DNA of 64,000 nt, taken from Haplodiscus bocki. Its lineage: Eukaryota. Shown piece by piece: positions 35,201-47,520 of this stretch. The first letter of the stretch is position 1; each line of letters opens with the position of its first letter. Under the pieces are notes generated by a model. The model ran no database searches and had not been told where the DNA came from. It saw only the letters and a program-made list of their open reading frames with translations. Where the stretch lies: assembly GCA_965655095.1 (NCBI GenBank), contig OZ296650.1:118606001-118670000 (forward strand). Reading direction: 5' to 3'. The translations under genes were made by a program, and so were the position numbers.

Positions 35201-36863
35201 CGGCTATATTTTTTCAATTTTGTTTTTTTTCAGACTATCGAAATCGTCGAAATTTACAAAAATTCTACATTCAAAGTGATTAGAACTCCAGTAGGCCTCG
35301 GTTGTCTAAAGGTATTGAGAAAAAGGTCTGCAAGCCATAGGCACGGGTTCGAGACCAGGTAAGTCCAATTTTTGTTTAGGGAAAAACGTCCATATTTGGG
35401 TGTTTTGTGTTTTTCCATAGTTCCGCCACCCCCTGATTTTTCGGATACCCCGGCCTGTTTCCCTAGATAGTAGGGAAAATAGTTTTTGAAGCATAGATAG
35501 GGGCTCGAGATTATGTTTAATAAATCCCTCCCCAAATGTTGTGATGAACCCATGGATCGTTGAATTTTATGAAACCAAAAAAGAGATCTCCATGGATCCG
35601 TAGGGGGCGGCGGCGACCCTAGCCGTTCCTGGCTTGTTTTGTCTTGATGTTAACAACTCGCACAAGATGAATGGGATAAACTTCGCTAGTTATTGGACAA
35701 TCAGTACCTTTTGGCGTAGTGGATAATGAGAATAGCCATATGCGTTTGGTTACAACGACCCTCCGCGCTCGAATCCCAGCGCGTTTTTTTTGCGTTAGAT
35801 TTTGAATTTTTTGCCAGTTTTGGCGGTTTTTTTTGGAAAATGAACGCTGATTTCTCAATTGAAATTTTTTTCTGCAAGTTTACACCAAATTGAATTTTTC
35901 TGAAATTTATGGGCGATTTTGCCGAGATTTCAATTTTGTATCAAAAATTTTGAATTTTCGGTTCCGAAGTTGAACTAAATTTTCGACTATTAAAAATCAA
36001 GCTGCGACTTTTTAAAGTACTTTGAAATTCCTTTCTTTTTTTTCTCAAAAAAGGGAATATATCGCACTTATTTCGTCTGAAATTTTCAATTGGAATTTTA
36101 CGGAGTTGGAAATGGCCAAAGGCAGCGCCGACCGTAAAGCTCAGTTAAGTGATAAGGGTAGGCCTGTGTGTTTTGAAATTTTTCCGTGGAAAATGGGTAT
36201 ACAGAAGGGAAGTATACCGCCACCTTATTTTGACCGTAAACAAAGGTATCAGATAGCACAGCGATGGATAATCGAGGAATGAACAGAGTGGCGGATGATC
36301 GAGGTATGGATAGGATAGGATAGGATGGCGGAATTTCAGGGGTAAACGGTGATTGTCTCCTGAAAGTATTCCGCAGCTTTATGCAAAGGGGGTGTCACAA
36401 AAGTTTTCCAGGTGGTAAGTGCCAAAATTTTCTTGCATACGGAAAGAGGGAGTATCACCAGCATTTGAAATAATCTGCAGCAACTACGAAACTCCTTCGG
36501 AACGTAATTGTAAAAATTCATACTTCTGAAATTTGATCTGTTCCGTGTGAGTACTCATTTTTCGAAAAAGAAGTCGGTTCAAAAGTCGGCCTCTTCAACT
36601 CTGTAAGGCGCCAAGTAAAAAATTGATCCTGATATTTTAGAATTTAAAACTTTGTTTTACTCGTTCACTTTTTCAGATATTTATTTCACAAAATCTCTGA
36701 AGAACGAATTGTTTGACTTTTTTCTCAGTAGTGCCGAATGTATTTATCGAATACTTGTGCTCGTATTTCAACTTTGTCCTAGCATATCTATTTTTGCTAG
36801 GTTTCGATGATGAACTAAGAGATTCATAAGAATTCACATTTTTCTCAACTTTTCACCCCTGTG

Positions 36864-37214
36864 TTACACCTGCGCAAGCAATTGTTATCACAGGCTTTTG
36901 CGGTTTTTTTTACCGATCCTTTCACAACTCCAAAGTTCCGACTTTCTGACAGAAGAAAACGATTTTTAAAGGGCCTCGAACCTGGGACCTCTCGCGCCGC
37001 CGTGCCATGCTCTGCCATCTGTGCTCTATCCATCCAGGAATTGACAATTTTTCGGCATTTAACTTATTGTCTTTCCCGAACTTCGCAAGCGTTTTTTTCT
37101 TCATTGCTCTACTGGGCGGGGCTAATCGCTTATGTGAACCGGAATTGTCCCAGCTTCGTATTCACTTTTCTTTTATTAGCTTGCTTCCCCCACGCTAGTG
37201 CAAGCGTCCTTGTT
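36864..37214. mobile_element. HINE-like element with antisense tRNA-derived head
   Basis: Start TTACACCTGCGCAAGCA; minus-strand A-box-like TGGCAGAGCATGG and B-box GGTTCGAGGCCC (36971-37032); end hairpin ACGCT-AGTGCA-AGCGT then CCTTGTT. Confidence 0.55.
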
Positions 37215-37615
37215 CGCTAATAGATTTCAACCAACTGGGGTAGTCGGAGCTTTGATTCATATTCAAAAACTTTGATTCTAATGTTTCTTAATTTTTTCGA
37301 AAATTTGCATTCAGTTATCCGCTTTCTCAAATTGGTGGCCATTCATCGCGTCTAAAATTTGTTTAATCCGGAAGGAACGAGGAATTGTAAACTATTCAAA
37401 GCGTTGAAATTGACTTGTAGACCATCGTATGTTGCGAAATTTTCAACGCTTCAATTAATTTGTCGTTTTTCGCCGCGATAGACGCTTTGATATAATTTGC
37501 GACGCTTTGATTAGTCTGCAGTTTGACGCGATTTGAATTTTTGCTAAATTCTAACTAATTTTTTACTATTCTAAATTCTGCGCTTAATGCCTTGGACTCT
37601 TGGTGCATATCTGTT

Positions 37616-37968
37616 TTACACTTGCGCAATCGTTATATCACAGTCTTCTTTCCGATCCGATCTCAACATTTGTGACTACATTATGACGGTGCATTCTAAG
37701 TTTTTGTTAAAGCGCTCTCGCTTTCTTGCAAAAATTTGTCCACTTTGCCTATTTTTAAACTTACCTGTGCACTCGTTTCAATTAAATCTAAAGCGAAACG
37801 GATGCTATAGCCGCTTACACTTGTTAATTTTACATAGGTACATTTGCGTTAAATAGGTTTAAGCTTTCGTAGTACCGTGGTCCTTTCAAAATCAATTATA
37901 CTTGTTCGATTTGTCAATAAATATTTCGCTGCACAAATGCTGCGAAGCACAGCTTCACCTCTTGGATT
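37616..37968. mobile_element. HINE-like family A copy
   Basis: TTACACTTGCGCAA start, shared core, GCGAAGCACAGCTTC end hairpin. Confidence 0.6.
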
Positions 37969-38847
37969 AAAAATAATCTCTAGAATTCCGCTGGCGCAAG
38001 CCTTGCGAAGCGCAGCTTCGACTGCATGTGGGCATTTCAAATGAGAACGCGACACTTTGACAGGCATTTGTCTCATTTCGACTGCGAGCAAACTTTTAAT
38101 TGACAGTTGGTGTGAGTTTTCGATGTATTGGATCAAATTTCAAATGTCGTTCGCTGTCTTCAGTTAAACTGTTTGTTTATCTTCGATCTCAACTGGCAAA
38201 TCAGTATGGGTGCGGTGTTCTGCTTCGCCTTTAGGCTCAATTTTTAGTCGGCGCTTTAGTCATGGCTATAAAACCCCGACTATTACAGTACTTAGTTTTT
38301 TCCAGGACCGAAAAAACTCACCTTGTATACGACGTTTCTTAAACCAAATTTTGCGCCTTAATACTCGCATTCACCTGGCCTTTTAGGAATGTACCAAAAA
38401 CCAACATTTCAGCCTATATAGTAAATGAAAAACACCAAACTTTTTGGAGACAAAAGTTTTCACGAAACAAAAACCAAAATTTTGTGCAGAAATTCGACCA
38501 TCAGGCCTAAAATTTTTCGCTGATACCCCTTTGCATATACCACTTTTGGAAATGGATATAACAAAATTTTTCTGAAGTAACATATGGTACCAAATTTTAG
38601 AGATGGTAAAACGATCACATTAAATTTCTCGTCAGAAAGGGCAACCTTTCCCGAAAAAGAGGTCGACCATGGATATTTTGAGCCATACGAGCAGCGCCGT
38701 TTTGGGAGCATAATTTCCACGAAGCTGTCGGAGTGCAATTGTTACTTATTACAAATTTTTGTTTCCGTATCATTTTTAGATAAATTGGCTTCTTGCAAAT
38801 ATCTGAATCCCGTTTCTTTTGCGGCTGCCAGTGGTATCTATCGTAAA

Positions 38848-39202
38848 ATGGCAATCGATTCCGAATTAGTACAAAGAATGAATGCTTTGAAAGGCAAAAT
38901 TGCGTTGCTGAGAGAGAAAACGATTCAAGAAAAAATTGCATTTTTTCGGAAAGACAATGAGACGTTGAAGCAAGAAGTTAATTTGTTGAAGAAACAATAT
39001 GAAGATGCATTGGTTTCCAATGGGCGATCTGTGTCGCTACTGATTAATGCAGTGCCCAATAAATCTGCTGCAGTCGAAATGAATGTTAAAAAACCCGAGG
39101 CGGAAAAAGACACGGAGACCAAACCAGTTGAAGAAACTGCTGCTCCCAAAAAGGAGAAAAAAGCAAAGGCCAAAAATGTCCACAAAACAACGCCACCTGA
39201 CG
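38848..39202 (+). CDS. AIMP1: AIMP1/p43 (pro-EMAP II), exon 1: N-terminal coiled coil and Lys-rich linker
   Basis: MAIDSELVQRM...LLREK...DNETLKQEVNLLKKQ...NG pattern of the p43 N-terminus; phase-1 donor G|GTTGGT. Confidence 0.8.
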
Positions 39203-39344
39203 GTTGGTCTTATCCGCTTCTTCTTTGGGAGCGGCATTCTCTGGATCAGTTCTGTTAATTTGAAAATTTTAATTAAATTGAAATATCAATCGAAATCAAA
39301 ATGTCAATGTTAAGTTTAAAAAACACTTTATAGTGTTGTTTCAG

Positions 39345-39464
39345 AATCTAAAACGGTGGATGTTTCGAAACTGGATCTACGAGTTGGATACATAAAAGAA
39401 ATTTCTCGACATCCAGATGCAGAAAAATTGTTCTTGGAGCAGATCGAATGCGGAGACGCACCCG
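39345..39464 (+). CDS. AIMP1: AIMP1 exon 2: start of the EMAP-II/tRNA-binding OB fold
   Basis: TTTCAG| acceptor; VDVSKLDLRVGYIKEISRHPDAEKLFLEQIECG; G|GTATGA donor. Confidence 0.9.
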
Positions 39465-40094
39465 GTATGAAGCAATTCGATCATTTTATCTTGAAACCTA
39501 GTTTTTGCTATTGTGAAAACGCCCCTCCCAGAGTTTGATACTTTACTTGGGGAGGGGGGGGGGCAACAATATATAACATATGTTGATATTTTTTCCCGCA
39601 TATTTCAAAATTAGTAAAACTACGTATTGCAGTGAGTCGTTTCCAAATTTCACTGTATGTTATGATAATTGGTTTCTTATTATTTGTCGTCCATAATTTG
39701 AATTTATCGAAGGAAAATAAGTCGCTCAACATTGAGGTTTTTTACATCAGATTTGCCAATTGCACGATCCAATTCATATGCACTTCGAAATTCCGTCAAG
39801 GTTGGTTGGCATAGGGGTAAATGAAGTGTGTATATATTCTGTACCTTAAAGGGTGCGTATTCGATTACCGGAAAAAACTTAAATTTTTCCAAATTTCATA
39901 CTCGAGAAGTCAACATCTGTTTCAAAAAACCGTTTATCTACCCAAAAATTTAGGGTCTTCTGAGTTTCGATAGTTTTTTTTCGATAGCAACATGACAACT
40001 GAGCTAATCTTGGCCAATCTGACCAAAAATATCATACTGTAGATCGTTGATTTCCGCATCTAGGGCTCTAAATTGCCTTTATTTTGCACATGTT

Positions 40095-40510
40095 TTACGA
40101 TGAGACTTTGTTCTATCAGACACTAAGTTTTGGTTGTGGTCCGACATCTTTTTTTCTGCGAAAGAAATTTGAAAATCGAGCTCATTTTGTCAACTAAGAT
40201 ACGAGATTTTTCATATTATAGGTCATTAGTTTCCTCATGCGGTGCTACAAATTGCCTGACTTTTGCTTAAGCTCAATGAAGAGACTCTTATCTATCGCAC
40301 ACTAATTTTTGGTTTGCCGACATTTTTTCGAAATTTTTCCTGTGGAAGAAACTTGAAAATCGAGCTGTTTTTGTCAACTTGGACACACGATTTCTGTAGA
40401 AAAATTATTCGTTTGCTTCCTGATGTGGGACTCCAATTTGCTTGAATTTAGCACAGGATTAATGAAGAGACTTTGTTCTATCAGTTACAAAATTTTAGTT
40501 GCAGTCCGAC
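40095..40510. repeat. Degenerate ~180-bp tandem repeat in AIMP1 intron 2
   Basis: GA(T/A)GAGACT(T/C)T.TTCTATC...CCGACA motif at ~40099, ~40278 and ~40463. Confidence 0.55.
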
Positions 40511-41799
40511 AATTTCGGAGGTAGATCGAAGTTTTCGGTGACTTTCAAATCTTTTATTCTGGGATCCAGCTCCTCAATTAACTTCCACGTTGATCAGTCA
40601 AAACGGGAAAACTCCAATCTATCAGATTCTTAAGTTTAGTTGCTTTGACAAAGTTTTCCCATGGGTTTTTTACGAACAGCTCTTGAAAATCCGTTTCGTG
40701 ACCGGCCGTAAATACCAAAACTTTTGCCAATATTTACATCTGAGTTTTTGAACTCTTTTCCCACAAATTCGAGCTTGAGTTTGTCCATGAAGGGGTCAGA
40801 CAACACCTCTCTACTTGAGGAGCACTATTCAATAGAAAATGGATGGAATTTTATCTTTGCAACGGAATCGTGGTAGTCCAAATTTGCCAAAGAACGATAT
40901 TTTTGACATATCACTATATTCAAATTCTAATCTCTCTATAACCATTGGCTTAATTTCTTCCATCGAGATATTAATTGATAGATTTTTATCTATAGAAGGG
41001 TCTTGATATTGAACTACCTTGATTTTTGCTCAACCAAAAGATTTTTCATCATAGGCCGGAAATGTCGAAAACTAGAATTTTTATTGCTATTTTGCCGGTT
41101 TTCAAACTTATTTCTCTAAAGCTCTCCTGCGATATAATACTGCTTGCGCTGTTGTAATACATTTTTATCGTAAACTATTTTTAATAGAAAATTACAAGAG
41201 GCGCAGTCGCACTGCGATTTTTTCCTTCAATGTGGCGCATAAACAATTCAATGATGATCGAACCTGCATCAAATGGCTTCCACTTACAACGCATTATTGA
41301 CAGAAATCTTATCGATGGAGAGCTTGTCCGAAGAATTCAAGCCGATACCTTTAGAGAATTTCTAATTACAAAATAAGAATACTAATTGGACCTTTTCCCA
41401 TGTTCAGCCTATCAGCATTCCAATCTAAGAGGTACAATCAGAAACTGTTCCGTCTAAGAAACTTTTGAAACTATATCACCGTCAGTTCAGAACTTAGTAG
41501 AAGTCAGATCTCTAGTTTTCGGGAAGGAAAAGTTGGAATATCGAGATATATCATTACTGATAGCACTTTTGTCACCCACTTCTCATCCTTCAGGACTTCA
41601 AACCTGATGTAACGGACAACTTCCCTGATTTTTGTAACCGAATAGTCTGCTTCAAGTAAAAAGCTATCGACTGACACCTTGTTGGAAAAAAGAAACTGGT
41701 ACAGCGGAAGAACTTTGAGCTTGACTATCGAAGCATATCAGGTCAAACAGCACTTTCTGGCATCTCTATTTTACCAGGGTTCCACTGCATGGAAGAAAA

Positions 41800-43480
41800 T
41801 CAATAGTTTCCAACACAAGCTAAAAGATTTAGATTGAGATCTTGATGGAAGACATCAAGTCAGTTGTTTTGGAGAAACACGAGTTTGAAAATTGAGATGA
41901 GTCCACATTATAAATTTTTCGGGCGTTCTTGGACTACCACGATTCTAATGCAGGAAAGGGATTGAAAGTTTTCTAATTCCAATACTCCTCAAAAAGTAGG
42001 AACCTTTCAATTACGACTTTGATGGAATAAATCATGCCTGTAGTTTTGGAGAAGTATGAGTTTGAATATGGAGATTTGTGAATCTTAGGAGCTTTTTGGT
42101 TTTCTTGGATTGTCAGGATTTGAGCGCAACGAGCAAAATCAAGTACTTTGAAATCGAGGAGTCCACAAAAAATACGCTGTAAATTGAGACCTTGAAGCAA
42201 GTAATCAAGTCAGTGTTTATGGAGAACTATGAGTTGGCATATAGAAAGAATAACTAAACTATTAGCACTTGTTTTACATTTTCGTACTATGAAAACTCCA
42301 ACGCAAGAAACGGAATCAATGCTTTTCAGTTCGAAACTTCTCTAGGACTAGTGGTCTTTCCATTGAAATTTTGTTGAAAATTAATACGCTGGTAGTTACG
42401 GAGAAACAGTTTACCTCGTGATGAAGGAAAACTAATAACTCATTTTGGAAGCTTTGTTCTATCAGAACTTTTATCCAAGCAACACAATACATAACTTCTA
42501 AATCGAATTCTCCACCTTAAGTGTAAATGTTTCGATTGAGACCTTGATGGAGGAAGTCAAACATGTAGTTACAGTGAAACACGAGTTCGATAATGGAGAT
42601 GAATCAATGATATCAACTTTTTTTGGCGTTTTCGGGCTATCCGGTTTTTGATGCAAGGATTGAAGCTATTGCTTTTTTCATCGAATGGTTGTTTGCAATT
42701 GTGAAGGTTTCCACCAAGACTTCGATGAGAAAACTCAAATGTGTCGTTTCGGTGACTTATGAGTTTGAATACTGAGATAAATCAAACTTATTATCTCTTT
42801 CTGGAATTTTGGCATATCAGGATTCTCATGCAGGAATTAAAATCGAAGTTTTCAAAATCGAATCTTCCTTCACAATTGTAAGATATTCGATTGAGCCCTT
42901 GTCGGGGGAAATGAAAGTTCTAGTTATGGAGAAACATGAATTCGAATATCGAGATGAATCGATGTTAATAGCTTTGTTTGAAATTTTGCGGACCGGTTTC
43001 ATTCTGATTGAAGGATCAAAGTAATTGATTTCTCAATCGAATCGTCCACTGAAATTGTAATGCTTTCCATTGAGACTTTGATGGAAGAAATCCAACCTCT
43101 TGTACCAGAGAAGTATGTGTGTGATTATCGAGAGATGAAAAATAGCACTTTCTGGAATTTTCGGAGTATCAGGGCTCTGATGCGAAGATCAAAATCTTTA
43201 GTGTTTCAATGGAATCCGCCTCTACAAGTGTAGAGCTTTCAATTGAGACTTTGATGGAAGAAATCAAACTTGTAGTTTTTGAGAAATTTGAATTTGAATA
43301 TCGAGATAAATATCATAGCACTTCTTAGAAGTTCTGGACTGTCAGGATTGTGATGCAAAGCACAAAACTACGGATTCTTCAATTGAGTATTCTGGTACAA
43401 GTAGAAGGTTTCCTATTGAGACCTGATTGAAAGAATTAAGACTTGTTTTTTTTTCGGAGAAAAGTTGGTTGCAATATCAT
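41800..43480 (+). repeat. Degenerate ~175-bp satellite-like array (about 9-10 units) in AIMP1 intron 2
   Basis: ATTGAGAC(C/T)TTGATGGAAG...GGAGAAA...GAGTTTGAATATCGAGAT recurring at ~41833, 42183, 42536, 42890, 43069, 43242 and 43415. Confidence 0.75.
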
Positions 43481-44550
43481 GGAACTTCAATACTAATTGC
43501 GTTTTTTGGTAATCCCTCAATGTGGGGATCGCAGAACGACAGGTTCCACGAAAAGTATTTTCCAAGTAAAGTTGTATTTTTTGACCCCGGAGAAACTAGA
43601 ATAGTGAAAAAACTGATACTCAGACTGAAAGAAAGTTCAATTATTTACATCTAAAGTTTAAATTTTTCAACAGATTTATAGTTTCAATCTTTTGTTGATT
43701 TTTTTGAAAAATATTCAGAAATAACGATATTTTCTTTTTCGTTGGAAAACGGGTTGTTTTTGAGAAAGAAAGCCCACTTATCATAGAACCCTAAGTTTTG
43801 TCGAAAAAAAAACTTTTTTTTGCTAATAAAACATGAGAGTGTTTTAACGAGTGTCTTAAAGATATGTAAAAATATGGCCGACAGCGGGATTCAAACCCGC
43901 CACTTTTGGCATCTTTACCGCGGTGACACCCACACATTTGTATTATACAAGGCACCAGTTGTTCTCTGCTGTATGCAAAGTCTGCGTGTCAGGTGCAAAA
44001 TCAGGAAAAGTTAAAAAAAACTCCAACTACTGAATTGATGTTTTCCTTTCAAAAATTTTCGACGGAAAATAATTTAAAAATCAAACAAGAAAAGAATATC
44101 AGTTCTTCCGATAATGGCTCAATCGAAAACCGCTTGTTATATCTTCGATCAATCCTTTCTACACTCCTTTAACGGAAAATATTGCAGTTCGACTGCGCCT
44201 CTTGTACTTTTGAAGCGCGAAAAATCTGATTCTGTTGTCGAAGGTGGATATGGAATTCGGCGGTTATTGTCTCAAAAATGTCAAAAATGTGGATCTTGGT
44301 GTGTGGCGGATAATCGAGGAATAACTATCAAGTTTCTGTATGGAAGACACCGGAGAAGCAAGGTATAAGCTAGAAAAAAGGACTTGGGCAATCAGTGACA
44401 ACGCGAAGCACTGAAAACTAGTCAAACCTGTCATTTTACAGTTTTGAAAAAAAAAACGAAAAGTCACTGAAATAGTCGCACTTGGTTACACGCGTCGACT
44501 AAAACGATATTTTACGCTGTGAAGGGATAATTTTCATTTATTTGGTGCAG

Positions 44551-44960
44551 GAAATGAAGGTGGATTTGGAGAGACGAGAACTGTTTGCAGTGGTCTAGTT
44601 GGATCCATTCCAGAAGATGAGCTGCGACAGCGCCTTGTCCTGGTGATGTGCAATTTGAAACCTGTCAAAATGAGAGGCATCACGTCCCAAGGAATGCTCA
44701 TGTGTGCTTCAAATGGCCAGAAGAATGAACTTGTTGATCCACCTCCTGGTGCGAAAGTGGGCGATCAAGTCACCTGTAAGGAATACCCTGGTGACCCCGA
44801 AAGACCTTTCTTGAATCCCAAAAAGAAAATTTGGGAGACTGTCCAACCTGATCTGATTGTGGATGAGCACGGCGTAGTGCGATATAAAGAAGCCCCTCTC
44901 CAAGTGGAAGGAAAAGGACTGTTGACATCGAAGACAATGAGAAAATGCCAAGTTACTTGA
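44551..44960 (+). CDS. AIMP1: AIMP1 exon 3: EMAP-II domain C-terminus (joined protein 294 aa)
   Basis: TGCAG| acceptor in phase 1; RTVCSGLV...MCNLKPVKMRGITSQGMLMCAS...DPPPGAKVGD...LNPKKKIWETVQPDL. Confidence 0.93.
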
Positions 44961-45831
44961 AATGTGATATTGCTTATGATCAATTTTTGACTTTGTTGTG
45001 CTTTTTCAAGAAATATTTTGATGATTTAATGTTTTCCTTTAAGGAAAATGAGAAATTGAGATCCTTTGGTTCTTGACATTTTGGTAATTTTGATGAGTTA
45101 TCCAAAATGATTTGTGGTCACCGAATGCGCTTTCATTCACAAAGTTACTCAAAAAATTCAGGGAGATTTCAAACGAGTTAGTGGTATTTGCGCTATCCGG
45201 TGATTGGTACGCGCTACAGGACTTTCAAAAATTAAATTTATTTGGCCCTTTACTGCAATCTGCCGACTTATCACAAGAAAGTTTAATTCGAGGAAAGTTT
45301 AATTCAACCGAGTGATATAACAATACAAGTCTCTACACCTGAAATTGTTTGCCAATCACTAAGTTTGAGCCGAAAATGAGCTTGTTAGCTGTTCCTTTCT
45401 CTGCCCTAAAGAACGCGATTACTAAATATAAGGAAAACAAACCGATTATGTAGGATCAATGGGAAAAATAACTGTTCCTGAAGAAGCTTTGGTTGTTCTT
45501 CCGATTCCATTTACGGTTTCTCTTTGATAATCAAATAATCGGCCTTTCAAAGAGAAGATTTCTCTAATCTCGTCTATCGATGACGCACATTTCATTTTTT
45601 TTTCAAATTTAGAAATGTTTGGCTTCTCGTCGGATTTTTCACATTTCTAGGAATGAGATCAAAGTTATTTAAGTGATGAAAACCTTTCTTCAGAGTGTTT
45701 TCGAGTGATTTGCGTTTCGTGACAGTTCAATAAGATGTTGGCACTGAACCTTTGGGATTAAACCTTGTGACATATGTTTTGATTTGATTTTCTTTCTGGA
45801 GAACGTCAAAGTCAGACTCGAATCTTAGTTT

Positions 45832-46250
45832 TTACACTTGAGCAAGCAGGTGGTAGATCACAGACTGCGGACCTTTTTCTCGATCACTTAACTCGCATGT
45901 GATCCTAGTTTCTACAGTTTCTATATTTTGTTGATGTCCTCTCACTTGCCAAAATTTGTTCATGCGCTCTCGTGCTTTTGCAAAAGTATGTTAACATGGC
46001 CTATTTTCCAACGTGCCTACTTGTTTAAAATATAAAACGAATTAACTGTAGACGTTCGTACTTGTTACGTATATATAAGTTGATAAAGACTAACAGATTT
46101 TTTACTTCCATTTCAATCCATTCCATTTCCATGTTCAATCAGTTTTTCTCGTACTTTCGTGTTCCTGCATAATTTAATCAAACTTGTTCAACTTTTTCAT
46201 AGTTTTCCGTTGGAGCGAGTGATGTAAGCCAGACTGTTAGGTGTATTGTT
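45832..46250. mobile_element. HINE-like family A copy
   Basis: TTACACTTGAGCAAGCAGGTG start and shared core (GCGCTCTCG...TGCAAAA...GGCCTATTTTCCA). Confidence 0.6.
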
Positions 46251-46499
46251 TTTTTCTCAATCCCTGGGAACTGACAGTTGATTGCCTGGAAATGACGTAA
46301 TTGGCCACTACGTCCTTACCTCTCGTTTATACTTTGCTTCTTGATGGTTTCCTAAAGCATTCAGTTCTTTTGTAGCTGGATATTCCGACACTCAAATATC
46401 CACCATCCTCGCCACTTTGGAGTAAACTTCAAAAAGGTGATTATCTCGAACCATATTTACCTTTGAATTGAGTATATTAAAAGCAGCTTCACATGAGTG

Positions 46500-47050
46500 G
46501 CGGCAAATCTGTGGAAGACAAAGAAAGTCAGTATGAATAGGGTCAGATGGAAGAAAAATGATTGACAGCTGTAGCAAAAAAATGAACAACTGATGAACCC
46601 GGAAGAATTTCCGCACAACGTTTCAGAAAACGGAAGAACGGAGAACCGCTGTGGATATCGAAGATATATCAAGTGAATCAATACGTCAATTTAAATGTTT
46701 GAACATTGCGAAGACCCTATATTGTGACTATAGTCCCAGGATTCAGTTCAAGTTCAAGAACAATTTTCTCGCCTAGCTGACGTACCAACGATTTTCCCAC
46801 GAATCGTCAACCAGTTGCTAAAAAACATCACTGGGTTGATCGGATGACATTCTTGTATAAGTCGAAACACCCGAAGAACCAAAGTAAACGCTAGAAAACA
46901 CAAACTTGAGAGCAAGGGATTCAAAGCGAATGAAAGAAAAATTGGAGCTTTCGCGGAAGAAACCCAGTGGACCGGTCTCTTAATAAACCAAACGCTGATT
47001 TGACAGACGGGTTATATTCCAAGTGGTCACGAAAATCACCGGATCAAAAA
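46500..47050 (+). mobile_element. Ty3/Gypsy reverse transcriptase relic
   Basis: Residual RKRKNGE.L, PTIFPRIVNQLLKNITG, DDILV (46843-46857), ETPEE, LESKGFKANE.K. Confidence 0.5.
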
Positions 47051-47520
47051 ACAAAAACAACTGAAAACATAGGCGCTAAGGTGCTTAGCGCAAGGCTCGC
47101 GAAACTACAAACTTGTTGACTTCATCTCTGACTACATGCTTATGCAAAGGCATAGAGCATGTAGCAAAATCTGGAAAGATTAGGGAGAGAACAACGAATA
47201 GAGATTAAACGGAAATTTGAGGTAACTGTCTTAACTTCAAACAAAAATCAGGAGACAAAAATTTGTCATAACAAAAGTCGGCGGAAGCCAGCCGCTGTTT
47301 GGCAAATGTCGTCTCGGAGCAGCAAGATTCCAGACGTTGACAACTAGGGTGTTGAGTAAAAAAATAAAAATCTGGGAACAAAAGTTTCCCAAAAACCCGA
47401 GTTTTCTCGAGAAGTTTTCTCAGCAAACTGGACAAAAAGATCTTTCGCGCAACCCGAAGAGGTGATTTTCCAAGCTATGAGAGTCGTACTAAATTATGCA
47501 CAGGGCAAAAACAATTTTAA

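Noticed and set aside
36971-37032. Functional tRNA genes (also 25910, 43876, 49355, 49490)
   Set aside because: A/B-box-like motifs only; no complete acceptor stem or cloverleaf could be built, and they are embedded in repeats.
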